The notes: a model not told the origin generated them from the sequence alone. 64,000 nucleotides of DNA from a virus (IMGVR_UViG_3300025018_000115:33363-97362), one strand, 5' to 3'; shown: positions 55,276-64,000, numbered from the stretch's first letter. Program-made: numbers and translations.

Positions 55276-56592
55276 ATGATATATACAATTATTGGTTTAG
55301 TAGTAGTAATTTTGTTGGTAGCGATATTTTTCGCAACGTACACAGTTATAGGGTCAAACGAGGCACACGTTATTGTGTTCATGGGAAAAGGTAGAAGTAT
55401 TAAATCTCCTGTAAAACAGGATGGAGTAGATGGAAAAACATCTTATTTCTTTATTCCGTTTTTGATGAAGAGATATATTATTCCTCTAACAAACGTTAAA
55501 CTGGATATTAAAGATATTCATTTGAACGATAGAGAGTTTGCGCCATTTATTTGTGATGTTGTGACTTGGTTGCACATTGCAGACCCGGTTCAAGCCGCAG
55601 AACGTTTGAGTTTTGAGGGGAACAACATATTCTTTTCTCTTCACGAGGACTTACAGGCAATCGTTCAGGCCATTGCCCGAGCCGCATCAATGAAACAAGA
55701 AATTCTTGAAATCATGAGGGATAGAGCAAAGTTTTCTACAGGGGTTAGTGCAGAAGTTGACGTTGTGTTGAAAGAGTGGGGAGTAGAACTTGTAAACCTT
55801 GAAGTAAACGATATACGAGATGAAGATGATTCTTCTGTAATCGCTAACTATGAGGATATTCGAAAATCAGCAATTTCTTCAAAGGCTCGAATTGAGGTTT
55901 CTGCAAGAAATAGGGAAGCTGTAGAAAGAGAACAAGAGAACAGACGGCTTTCTGAGATAGCAACAGCAGAGTCTGAAAAAGAGTTTAAATCAAAACAAAT
56001 TGAACGAGATACAATTCTAGGTATCGCAGGACAAGACATGGAATTGCGAGTTGCTGTTGCAGAACAGAAAACTAACGATCAGAAAGTTTCTGCGCTTCGC
56101 GTGACGCAAGTTGGAGAAGCAAATATCACCAAGGATGCAACTATCGCTACAGCAGAGGGTCAGGCTCAGGCAATAAAAATTAGAGGAGAGAAAGAAGCTG
56201 AGGTTGTTGCTCTTAAAGGTAAGGCAGAAGGATCTGCCATAGAAGCAAAAGGAGTCGCTGAAGCTAAAGCAAAAGACGCTATGGCAGAAGCTCTTAAGAA
56301 ATTCAATGATTCAGCTACTGTTATCGAAAAGATCCGAGCTGGTGTTGAGATTCAAGTCGCAATGGCAGAGGCATATGGAAAAATGGCTGAAAATGCAAAC
56401 ATTAAAATTGTGACATCTGGGGATGGTGGAAGTATCTTTGGGGTTCCAATGAATGCAAAAACAGGGGCAGACTTCGGTCAAATGATTGAGGCGTTTAGCG
56501 CAACTGACGATACTGACGATGTTTCTGGAAAGACTGGAATTGTCGATGGTATAAAAAATGTAGTATCAGGATTAGCAGGTAAAAATAAATAA
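55276..56592 (+). CDS. SPFH/band-7 domain membrane protein (flotillin-like)
   Basis: An N-terminal TM helix is followed by an SPFH-like core and a long Ala/Glu-rich coiled-coil tail (EAKAKDAMAEALKK). Confidence 0.55.
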   Translation: MIYTIIGLVVVILLVAIFFATYTVIGSNEAHVIVFMGKGRSIKSPVKQDGVDGKTSYFFIPFLMKRYIIPLTNVKLDIKDIHLNDREFAPFICDVVTWLHIADPVQAAERLSFEGNNIFFSLHEDLQAIVQAIARAASMKQEILEIMRDRAKFSTGVSAEVDVVLKEWGVELVNLEVNDIRDEDDSSVIANYEDIRKSAISSKARIEVSARNREAVEREQENRRLSEIATAESEKEFKSKQIERDTILGIAGQDMELRVAVAEQKTNDQKVSALRVTQVGEANITKDATIATAEGQAQAIKIRGEKEAEVVALKGKAEGSAIEAKGVAEAKAKDAMAEALKKFNDSATVIEKIRAGVEIQVAMAEAYGKMAENANIKIVTSGDGGSIFGVPMNAKTGADFGQMIEAFSATDDTDDVSGKTGIVDGIKNVVSGLAGKNK

Positions 56593-56593
56593 T

Positions 56594-57388
56594 ATGAATC
56601 AAGTAAAAATAGTTGTTGGGTCAATAGTAGGGTTTGTTGTTCTTGTGTTGCTGTTTTCATCTTTTGGAACAGTGACAGCAGGAAATATAGGAGTAAAGAC
56701 ACGATTTAGTGCCGTAGTGTCAACAATGGAGCCGGGACTTTATTTCAAACTACCCTTTCTTGAAGGCGTTAAAGAAGTAAATGTTCAGACACAAAAAGAG
56801 CAGATTACAGCACAGTCAGCGTCATCGGACCTACAGACTGTAACCGCCGTAATTGCTCTAAATTACAACGTAGATGCTACTAAAGTTGGACAGTTGTATT
56901 CTGATATTGGATTGAATTACCGAGAGAGAGTAATTGATCCAGCTATTCAGGAGGCAGTGAAGGCAGCAACAGCCAAGTTCACAGCAGAACAGCTTATTAC
57001 AAAGCGTCAGGAGGTTCGAGACGAAATTAAAAATCACTTACGAGAAAGATTGGCGCCTGATTTTATTACCGTGTCAGACTTTTCAATTGTAAACTTTGAC
57101 TTCTCTCCGTCTTTCAACAAGGCTATCGAAGAGAAAGTAACCGCCGAGCAAAATGCACTCGCAGCTAAAAACAAACTTGAACAAGTGAAGTTTGAAGCAG
57201 AACAGAGAGTTGCAACAGCTAATGCAGAAGCAGAAGCTATTCGAGTGCAGTCAAATGCAGCGAATAACGAGAAGTATGTAAACCTAAAGGCACTTGAGGT
57301 GCAGAAAGCAGCGATTGATAAATGGGATGGAAAATTACCACAGCAATTTGTGCCAGGGTCAGCAATTCCATTTTTGGATCTAAAATAA
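56594..57388 (+). CDS. SPFH/band-7 protein (prohibitin/HflC-like)
   Basis: An N-terminal TM is followed by a prohibitin-like core (TRFSAVVSTMEPGLYFKLPFLE...NYRERVIDPAIQEAVKAATAKFTAEQLITKRQEV) and a coiled-coil tail. Confidence 0.7.
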   Translation: MNQVKIVVGSIVGFVVLVLLFSSFGTVTAGNIGVKTRFSAVVSTMEPGLYFKLPFLEGVKEVNVQTQKEQITAQSASSDLQTVTAVIALNYNVDATKVGQLYSDIGLNYRERVIDPAIQEAVKAATAKFTAEQLITKRQEVRDEIKNHLRERLAPDFITVSDFSIVNFDFSPSFNKAIEEKVTAEQNALAAKNKLEQVKFEAEQRVATANAEAEAIRVQSNAANNEKYVNLKALEVQKAAIDKWDGKLPQQFVPGSAIPFLDLK

Positions 57389-57622
57389 GTAGAAACACTG
57401 ACCGAAACAAGTCAAAAAACTAGCGTCGGATATACGAGTGGAAGCTCCGTATCACGATAGCGACCAGAAGGCATGAGGATTAATTTCCACTTGTGGTCTG
57501 GTTTGGGGGAACGGTATGTGGCGGTGTAAAGTGCACTGGTCAGCATAAAACCAGGTAAAATAATCACATAAATTTTATCCCTCCAAACTAGGTCATAAAT
57601 TATAAGTTAAAAGATTAAAGAA

Positions 57623-58066
57623 ATGAGGCCAATAAAATCAAGGGTTCCTACACGATGTAAAAATGGGCATTTTAGGTGGATGTACTGCAGTATGGTAGGT
57701 GGGGAAGTAGAAACAACGTGGGGTACAAAAACCTGTGACTGTCCGACACTTGGAGTAGAGGACGGATTTTCTCCTTGCGGAGAAGATGAGTTGTTTACAG
57801 AATTACATGATATGTATGGAAAACCTATGTACGTTGGTGACATTCTTCAATATAGATCTCCCGAAAAGAAAAAAATGAAAGGGTTTATCGTTTTTGAGGA
57901 CGGTAATTTTAGGGTGATAAGGGTGGGGCTAGGAAAAACAGGGAACATGAATACCGACAGGATGACGGCGCCATCTTATTCGAAGAGACACGCTGTTGTT
58001 GGAAACGTTCATGAAGATATGGATTTATTATTAAACATAAAAAAACAAAATGGGATGGAATTATAG
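57623..58066 (+). CDS. hypothetical Cys-containing protein
   Basis: A 147-aa ORF. Confidence 0.4.
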   Translation: MRPIKSRVPTRCKNGHFRWMYCSMVGGEVETTWGTKTCDCPTLGVEDGFSPCGEDELFTELHDMYGKPMYVGDILQYRSPEKKKMKGFIVFEDGNFRVIRVGLGKTGNMNTDRMTAPSYSKRHAVVGNVHEDMDLLLNIKKQNGMEL

Positions 58067-58283
58067 GGTTACAGCAGAAAAAAGTGGAGGAGAGCTGGTT
58101 TATTCAATTAGAGACGTTTATTACGGTGAGGATGGTGAAGCAGAATCATTTTCTGCGGATCCTGTTTCTTTGCTTGGAGAAGACAAAAACGTCATTCTTG
58201 AGGACCTAAAACTAATATTATTAGCATTTAACAAACCGACATTATACGTATCTGGAGACACAATCTCAAAGACATTAGATTAA
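58050..58283 (+). CDS. hypothetical small protein
   Basis: A 77-aa ORF. Confidence 0.35.
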   Translation: MGWNYRVTAEKSGGELVYSIRDVYYGEDGEAESFSADPVSLLGEDKNVILEDLKLILLAFNKPTLYVSGDTISKTLD

Positions 58284-58348
58284 CATACTTGCCAAGTGAT
58301 AACAAATGAGTATAATGAAGACATACAAGTAACGAATTAAAAACAAAA

Positions 58349-58567
58349 ATGAAACATATATCGCTTGGTGAATTATCATTAAAGATTGGAGTAAACAAGA
58401 GTAGACTCGCGTATTTTTTCACAATTGGGTTGTTAAAACCTATCGCAAAAGTTGGAAAAATGAATATCTTTGATGAGGATGAGACAAAAAAGACTCTTAA
58501 AAAAATAGAAGCATTGAAGAAAAAAGGAATGAAGCTTAAAGAAATTATCATCGAAATAAATAAATAA
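58349..58567 (+). CDS. MerR-like HTH small protein
   Basis: The N-terminus ISLGELSLKIGVNKSRLAYFFTIGLL is an HTH, followed by a Lys-rich helical tail. Confidence 0.4.
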   Translation: MKHISLGELSLKIGVNKSRLAYFFTIGLLKPIAKVGKMNIFDEDETKKTLKKIEALKKKGMKLKEIIIEINK

Positions 58568-58570
58568 CAT

Positions 58571-60247
58571 ATGGAGACTCGTATTATTCGAGAGAAGACA
58601 CACTATTTCAAGTTTGTTCTTCTCCCAGTATACGATAAGGAAGTTCTTAATTACTGTCGCTTTCTCTATAATATTTTTGGGTGGACACATTTTATGTTTG
58701 ATCCAACGACAAAAAGATGGAGATTTAAAGATAAAGCAATTATTGACATGTTTGTAAAAAAGTTCCCAAATACAGTTGTTGATATAGAGAAAGAAACCGC
58801 AGTTCCTACGCTGTGGGATAAAAAGGCAAAAGATCAGCCAACAAAGGAAGAGGTTAAAAAAATAGATTATATTGAGGGGATTAATGGAAATCTATATGAA
58901 TATCAAAAAGAAGGAGTTCAGTTTTTACTAGACAGTAATGGCAGGGCGCTTCTATGCGATAGCCCTGGTGTTGGAAAAAGTTTGCAAGCATTGGGATACG
59001 TTGTTTCTAGTAAACATAAAAAGACCCTTATTGTATGCCCAGCATCTGTAAAATACAGCTGGGAAAATGAAATTAAAAAATGGACAGAACTCGAATCTAT
59101 GGTTGTGTCATCACAGACCGACATTAGTGAAATACCAGATAGCGTAAATTGCGTAATTATTAATTACGATGTTTTAAAAAAACATCTAAAAGATATATTA
59201 AAGCATGAATGGGATTGTCTGATTGGGGATGAGATACAATACATTAAAAATGCAAAAGCAATAAGATCTTCTGCTTTTAAAATGATCGCTTCAAAGATAC
59301 CAAGTGTCATAATGCTAACAGGAACACCGATGATGTCTAGACCAATAGAAATGTGGAACATGTTAACGATTCTAGACAAGACAAGGTGGAATAACTATTA
59401 CGCATATGCAAAGCGTTATTGTGGAGGAAGAATGGGTAACTTTGGTTATGAGGCCAGCGGCGCAACAAATCTTGTAGAGTTGTCGCAGAAGCTTAAACCA
59501 TATTTCTTGAGAAGGACAAAAGATCAGGTTTTGAAAGAACTACCAAAGAAAAATCCAATTGATTTTCCTGTAGAGATGTCACCTGTTTTTAGAAAACAAT
59601 ATGATTTAATCGAGGAAGATTTGGCAGCATTTATGAAGCAAAGGAATATTGCCGATGCAGAAATCAAGAAAAAAATGCAGGCAGAGAAATTGGTGAAAAT
59701 AAATATGCTCAGAAAAATGAGTGTCATGGCAAAACTAGATGCTGCAGAAGAGCTTATAGATAGCATTTTAGACTCTGGTGAAAAAATTCTTATTTTCTCT
59801 AACTTCAGGGATCCTTTGACAGAGCTATTCTACAAATACCAAAAAATATCAACAATGATAATTGGGACAACTCCAGTTTCTGAAAGGGGAGATATTGTTA
59901 GGAAATTCCAAGAAGACCCAAATACAAGAATCTTTTTTGGAGGAATGTTATCAGCAGGTGTTGGAATCACATTAACAGCGGCGTCAAATGTAATAATTCT
60001 AGATCTTCCGTGGAGACCGAGCGACCTTGAGCAAGCTGTAAATAGAGCGCACCGACCATCAGCTGTGTACGAAAGCCTAAACATAATAACAATGCATTGT
60101 AAGCACAGTATTGACGACTTCATGAGTAGTGTGTTAAAGGCAAAGAAGGACATTATTGACAAGGTAATTGACGGCAAGGGGGGCAAGCTTGATTCTGATA
60201 TGATTGACGAGTATATTAAGAAGTTGGAGGAGCGAAAAAAACATTAA
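58571..60247 (+). CDS. SNF2/Rad54-family helicase
   Basis: LYEYQKEGVQFLL, Walker A-like DSPGVGKSLQAL, DExx box LIGDEIQYIKN and motif VI QAVNRAHRPS are all present. Confidence 0.7.
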   Translation: METRIIREKTHYFKFVLLPVYDKEVLNYCRFLYNIFGWTHFMFDPTTKRWRFKDKAIIDMFVKKFPNTVVDIEKETAVPTLWDKKAKDQPTKEEVKKIDYIEGINGNLYEYQKEGVQFLLDSNGRALLCDSPGVGKSLQALGYVVSSKHKKTLIVCPASVKYSWENEIKKWTELESMVVSSQTDISEIPDSVNCVIINYDVLKKHLKDILKHEWDCLIGDEIQYIKNAKAIRSSAFKMIASKIPSVIMLTGTPMMSRPIEMWNMLTILDKTRWNNYYAYAKRYCGGRMGNFGYEASGATNLVELSQKLKPYFLRRTKDQVLKELPKKNPIDFPVEMSPVFRKQYDLIEEDLAAFMKQRNIADAEIKKKMQAEKLVKINMLRKMSVMAKLDAAEELIDSILDSGEKILIFSNFRDPLTELFYKYQKISTMIIGTTPVSERGDIVRKFQEDPNTRIFFGGMLSAGVGITLTAASNVIILDLPWRPSDLEQAVNRAHRPSAVYESLNIITMHCKHSIDDFMSSVLKAKKDIIDKVIDGKGGKLDSDMIDEYIKKLEERKKH

Positions 60248-60272
60248 AAATTAAAAATTAAATGAATAAGAT

Positions 60273-61910
60273 ATGTCAAAACAAATCGTATTAGGAGATG
60301 AGGCTAGCAAGGTTATTAAAAAGGGAGTAGACACGGTTGCAGATGCCGTTAAAGTAACTATTGGTCCTCGTGGACGAAACGTTGTCTATGATAGAGGATT
60401 TGGCGGACCTACAATAACTAATGATGGTGTTTCTATTGCAAGGGAGATTGTTTTAAAAGATCCTTTGGAAAATATCGGCGCCAATCTTATTAAAGAGGTT
60501 GCTCAAAAAACAAATGAAATAGCTGGTGATGGTACAACAACATCCGTTATTCTTACACAAGCAATCGTTGAAGGTGGAATGAAAAAAATCAGTTTAGGGA
60601 TGAATGCCATTGGAGTAAAAAATGGTATTGAGAAAGCGGTAAAGGTAGCGGTTGATGAATTAAAGAAAGTGGCATCTCCATTAGACGGGGCTGATGAAAT
60701 AGCACATGTTGCTACGATTTCAGCAGAGTCAGAAGAAATGGGTAAAATAATCGCCGATACTGTCTCTAAATTGAAAGATGGATCTACAATTACCGTTGAG
60801 GAATCTCCTGTTGTTGGTATTTTCTCAGAAGTTGCATCAGGAATGTCTTTTGAAAAAGGATATATTTCGCATTACATGGTTACAGACAAAGAAAGAATGG
60901 AAGCTGAAATGAAAGATGTTTCTATCCTTGTGACTGATTCAAAGATTTCATTAGTTGAAGACATTGTTCCTGTATTAGAGCAGGTAATGGCAACAGGTAA
61001 AAGAGAAATGGTTATTATTGCCGAAGATGTTACTGGAGAAGCGCTTTCTACTCTTATTTTGAACAAGTTAAGAGGTGGTTTAAGTGTACTTTGTATAAAG
61101 GCTCCTGGATTTGGTGAGAGGAAAAAGGATTATCTTCAGGATATAGCGATTGCAACAGGTTCAACATTTATCTCTTCAGAGGCTGGAATGACAGTCGCCA
61201 CAACAAAACTAGAAGATCTAGGTGGTGCAGACAGAGTCGTTTCAACAAAAGATAAAACAGTAATTGTTGGAGGAAGAGGAACAAAAGAGGAATTAGATGC
61301 GCGTATTGCATCTGCTAAAAAGGAGCTTGAAGGGCTAGAGTCAAAACACGACAAATTAAAGGTTGAAGAAAGAATAGCGAGAATGACAGGGGGAGTTGCT
61401 GTTCTAAAGGTTGGCGCCGCAACAGAGGCAGAAACAAAGTATCTAAAACTAAAGGTTGAAGATAGCGTAAATGCCGTCAAGGCGGCTCTAGAAGCTGGAA
61501 TAGTGTCTGGAGGAGGTTCTGCTCTATTACTTGCAGCCAAGGCCGTTCTAGGAGCTAAAAACGATACATTAACAGACGATGAGAAGGTCGGGTTCGACAT
61601 CTTAGCGTCAGCAATGGAAGCTCCTCTCAAAAACATAGCGATAAACTGTGGAAAAGGAGATGGGTCTATCGTAATTGATAAGGTTAAAGAAATTCAGCTT
61701 ATGAGCACCTCTGCTGGTTATAACGCTTTAACTGATGTCTATGTTGAAGATATGATAGCGGCTGGAATAATTGATCCAGTTAAAGTTACAATATCTGCTC
61801 TTACAAATTCTGCTAGTGTTGCTGGAGTTATTTTGACAGTCACATGCGTAATGGCAGAAGAGCCAAAGGCACTTCCAGAAGGAATGGGAGGACAAGGTAT
61901 GGGAATGTAG
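60273..61910 (+). CDS. groL: GroEL (Cpn60) chaperonin
   Basis: VTIGPRGRNVV, AGDGTTTSVILTQAI and the C-terminal GGQGMGM repeat are recognised, and the length is about 545 aa. Confidence 0.85.
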   Translation: MSKQIVLGDEASKVIKKGVDTVADAVKVTIGPRGRNVVYDRGFGGPTITNDGVSIAREIVLKDPLENIGANLIKEVAQKTNEIAGDGTTTSVILTQAIVEGGMKKISLGMNAIGVKNGIEKAVKVAVDELKKVASPLDGADEIAHVATISAESEEMGKIIADTVSKLKDGSTITVEESPVVGIFSEVASGMSFEKGYISHYMVTDKERMEAEMKDVSILVTDSKISLVEDIVPVLEQVMATGKREMVIIAEDVTGEALSTLILNKLRGGLSVLCIKAPGFGERKKDYLQDIAIATGSTFISSEAGMTVATTKLEDLGGADRVVSTKDKTVIVGGRGTKEELDARIASAKKELEGLESKHDKLKVEERIARMTGGVAVLKVGAATEAETKYLKLKVEDSVNAVKAALEAGIVSGGGSALLLAAKAVLGAKNDTLTDDEKVGFDILASAMEAPLKNIAINCGKGDGSIVIDKVKEIQLMSTSAGYNALTDVYVEDMIAAGIIDPVKVTISALTNSASVAGVILTVTCVMAEEPKALPEGMGGQGMGM

Positions 61911-61914
61911 AAGT

Positions 61915-61945
61915 CACTTGACAAGTATAATTAAAAGAGTATACT
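61915..61945 (+). promoter_or_regulatory. sigma70-like promoter TTGACA-N16-TATACT in the palindrome CACTTGACAAGTA
   Basis: CACTTGACAAGTATAATTAAAAGAGTATACT. The -35 is at 61918-61923 and the -10 at 61940-61945. Confidence 0.55.
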
Positions 61946-62057
61946 GGAATGATCGTAGGGGCTTGTCGGAATGGAATACGACAAAGGACAAGAAATTGTC
62001 ACCTGTTAAACCCCCTATGAGCATAGTGTTGTATATGAATTCTGGAGATGATTAGAG

Positions 62058-62492
62058 ATGATCCTCTCCAGTGATTCACATATAACTAGCCGAAGACAAT
62101 TAACATATAAAAAAATGATAAATTTTTTACTAAAAATAGAAAAATGGTTGGAGGAAAAGATAGAAAGATTTGGAGGAGAAGAGACTTTTTTGTCTTTTAA
62201 TCGTTACGCGTTTAGAAGGATATATCATTCGTTTAAAAAATATGCAAAATATTCAGCTGAAAATGGGTTGAGATTGCCAGAGGCATACAAAAATGACCCA
62301 GCCGCATGGCTAGTGGTTATCCAAAAGATAGAATTTGCTTTTGACAAAACCTGGGATATTTATTTTAAAGACGTAGATATTAACGAGGGGAAAAGTGAAA
62401 AAGAAGCGGCTGTTTTGAAAGAAAAGATTAACGAGGGTTTTGTTCTTTTTGGACAGCATTTCAATGATTTATGGGAATATAATAATAAATAA
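62058..62492 (+). CDS. hypothetical protein between groL and groS
   Basis: A 144-aa ORF. Confidence 0.45.
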   Translation: MILSSDSHITSRRQLTYKKMINFLLKIEKWLEEKIERFGGEETFLSFNRYAFRRIYHSFKKYAKYSAENGLRLPEAYKNDPAAWLVVIQKIEFAFDKTWDIYFKDVDINEGKSEKEAAVLKEKINEGFVLFGQHFNDLWEYNNK

Positions 62493-62493
62493 T

Positions 62494-62781
62494 ATGAAAA
62501 TAAAAAGGTTATTGGGTCCAAGAGTTGTTGTTGAAGTGAAGGAGCTTGAAAAAAAGACAGCCGCAGGAATATTATTATCAGCAAGAAATGAACCGAACGA
62601 TATTGTTGAGGGGGAGGTAATGGTTGTTGGAACAGGTAGAGATGTTCAAAGTGTCGGCCACATTGACGTAGATGTTGCTGTCGGGGATAAGGTTTTGTTC
62701 CAGTATGGTACTAGATTTGATTATGACGGAAAGTTTTCCATGCTGGTGAACGAAGATGATATAATTTCAGTAGTAGAATAA
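62494..62781 (+). CDS. groS: GroES (Cpn10) co-chaperonin
   Basis: MKIKRLLGPRVVVEVKELEKKTAAGILL...GEVMVVGTG follows the classical GroES pattern. The ATG at 62494 comes right after the upstream stop, whereas the track ORF starts at an upstream in-frame ATG at 62440. Confidence 0.7.
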   Translation: MKIKRLLGPRVVVEVKELEKKTAAGILLSARNEPNDIVEGEVMVVGTGRDVQSVGHIDVDVAVGDKVLFQYGTRFDYDGKFSMLVNEDDIISVVE

Positions 62782-62782
62782 T

Positions 62783-62953
62783 ATGTATAGTTCTTCTCAA
62801 GATGGTTTTGAAAAAAAGAACCCTGGGAAAAACTATAAAGACTATCTTGTTGAAGAAAAAAAGATAACATATAAACTCAGAAAAGAAAGATTAGTAAAAG
62901 CAAGGGAGACGATTAGAAAAGCTAGAGAGGCTAGGAAAAAGGAAAAACTGTGA
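62783..62953 (+). CDS. small basic protein (56 aa, not in the track)
   Basis: MYSSSQDGFEKKNPGKNYKDYLVEEKK... Confidence 0.2.
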   Translation: MYSSSQDGFEKKNPGKNYKDYLVEEKKITYKLRKERLVKARETIRKAREARKKEKL

Positions 62954-62994
62954 TATTATTTTAAATGTCTTATTAGTTTAATAAAAAACAAACA

Positions 62995-63165
62995 TGTCAG
63001 ACGAAAATATAGAAGTATCAGCAGAAGAAGTAGTTGCTCCAGTAGAAGAAGGTGCTCCTACTGAAGAAGTAGCTACAGAAGAAGTAGCTACAGAAGAAGT
63101 AGTTGTTGCAGATGAGGTTTCTACAGAAGAAGTTGCTCCAGAAGCAGATTCTACAGAGGCTTAAT
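62995..63165 (+). CDS. small acidic repeat protein (56 aa, not in the track)
   Basis: MSDENIEVSAEEVVAPVEEGAPTEEVATEEVATEEVVVADEV..., built from GAAGAAGTAGCTACA tandem units. Confidence 0.3.
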
Positions 63166-63174
63166 TATGTAAAA

Positions 63175-63201
63175 AACGAGTTCTTGCGGACTTGTTTTTT
63201 G
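63175..63201 (+). terminator. rho-independent terminator
   Basis: AACGAGT-TCTTGCGG-ACTTGTT with one G-U pair, followed by TTTTTT. Confidence 0.55.
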
Positions 63202-63221
63202 TTTCCGTCCAGGCGGTCTGG

Positions 63222-63271
63222 TCAGCGCCTCCAAAACGCTAATTCGTGGTTCGACTCCATGCGGGAGCGCA
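63222..63271 (+). other. tRNA 3-prime fragment (anticodon arm-like, variable loop, canonical T-arm, acceptor 3-prime strand); possible att core
   Basis: The T-arm is CGTGG-TTCGACT-CCATG, matching GGTTCGAnTCC. It is followed by CGGGAGC and then GCAAA. A CCA-anticodon-like loop CTCCAAA lies upstream. No matching 5-prime acceptor or D-arm is present. Confidence 0.35.
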
Positions 63272-63382
63272 AATTTAAAAAAGTCATTTTTTCAGCCACA
63301 TAGGAATAATATATCCTTCTCCTCTCCTCTTAATAAAAAAAGCCAGTTGTGATTTCTCACAACTGGCTTTTCTTTTCAACGA

Positions 63383-63844
63383 CTAGGCTTGATTAAGCGC
63401 GTTTTGCTTGATCATGTCTGATACTAATGCATTTAGTGCATCTTTACTTACTTTTGTTTCTCCTGTTTCTATCTTTGCGATACCTTCTTTTTGCTCTAGA
63501 ATTGATTTTTCTAGATTTTCAATCTCTTTGTCTAGAACCTTAATATCTTCTTCTAGATTTTTGATTTGATTTTCTTTTGATTCCTTTGTTTTTTCGAAGT
63601 TTGGGTGTTCTGTATCTAGTTTTCCCATTTCGTATGTTACCACCTTAATATTGTGGTTTACATTTTCTTTGTTTTTGTTTACTGAATCTATACATGCTTC
63701 AAAAGTTGCTATTCTTGATGTCCTTGGTGCTATTAGCTCTGCTCTCAAGGCTTCTCTAGCTGTCTCTTTGTATCCCGCAATTTTTTCTTGTAAAACTGTT
63801 GGTGCTGATGCTATGTCTACTGTTTTGTTTGTTTTATTACTCAT
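63383..63844 (-). CDS. coiled-coil protein
   Basis: A 153-aa ORF with a heptad-rich Lys/Glu pattern. Confidence 0.45.
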   Translation of the reverse strand: MSNKTNKTVDIASAPTVLQEKIAGYKETAREALRAELIAPRTSRIATFEACIDSVNKNKENVNHNIKVVTYEMGKLDTEHPNFEKTKESKENQIKNLEEDIKVLDKEIENLEKSILEQKEGIAKIETGETKVSKDALNALVSDMIKQNALNQA

Positions 63845-64000
63845 TTTTTTATTTTGTTATTTTTTTAATATACCTTTTAACCTGTTTATTTGAAGGTTCT
63901 TTCTTTCTCCATTCTAAAGGAAATGGGGTTTTTAATACAATACTTGAAAATCTTGCAAAACTTTCTGTTGAATTATCTTTTGAGATTAATTCTTTATAGT

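Noticed and set aside
63203-63271. Complete tRNA gene
   Set aside because: Only the anticodon-arm-like, T-arm and 3-prime acceptor portions are present. The required complementary 5-prime acceptor strand (GCTCCCG) and D-arm are absent upstream. It is reported as a fragment instead.

Overview
The window reads as a contiguous piece of a large tailed-phage genome with about 38% GC. It is either a virulent phage or a prophage. Compact gene blocks and many free-standing HNH homing endonucleases support this reading. Three modules are visible. The first is a plus-strand structural, morphogenesis and lysis block from 1 to 39010. It holds a putative major capsid protein, Thr/Ser-rich and Gly-rich fibre-like proteins, a beta-helix spike, a 60-bp tandem-repeat protein and a 1037-aa tail fibre. 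It also holds a 1186-aa protein with two peptidoglycan-binding domains, an M23 peptidase, a 2027-aa giant protein and a holin, HNH, SLT-lysozyme lysis cassette. The second is a minus-strand replication and recombination block from 38982 to 53625. It encodes peptide deformylase, SbcC, RuvC-like resolvase, SbcD, RecA, a PPP phosphatase, a prim-pol/DnaB-like primase-helicase, a DnaC-like loader and a replication initiator with internal iterons. The third is a plus-strand block from 53897 to 63300. It encodes a ParB-like protein, two SPFH (flotillin-like and prohibitin-like) proteins, a SNF2 helicase and GroEL/GroES. Several non-coding signals recur. There is a palindromic TTGACA-N16-TATAMT promoter family, an extended -10 family (AAGGACT-TGnTATAAT), a 12-mer AGTTATCCACAG in five promoter-proximal sites, higher-GC moron islands and a tRNA 3-prime fragment. 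No CRISPR array, rRNA or complete tRNA gene was found. All calls rest on motif recognition by eye. No database search was run.
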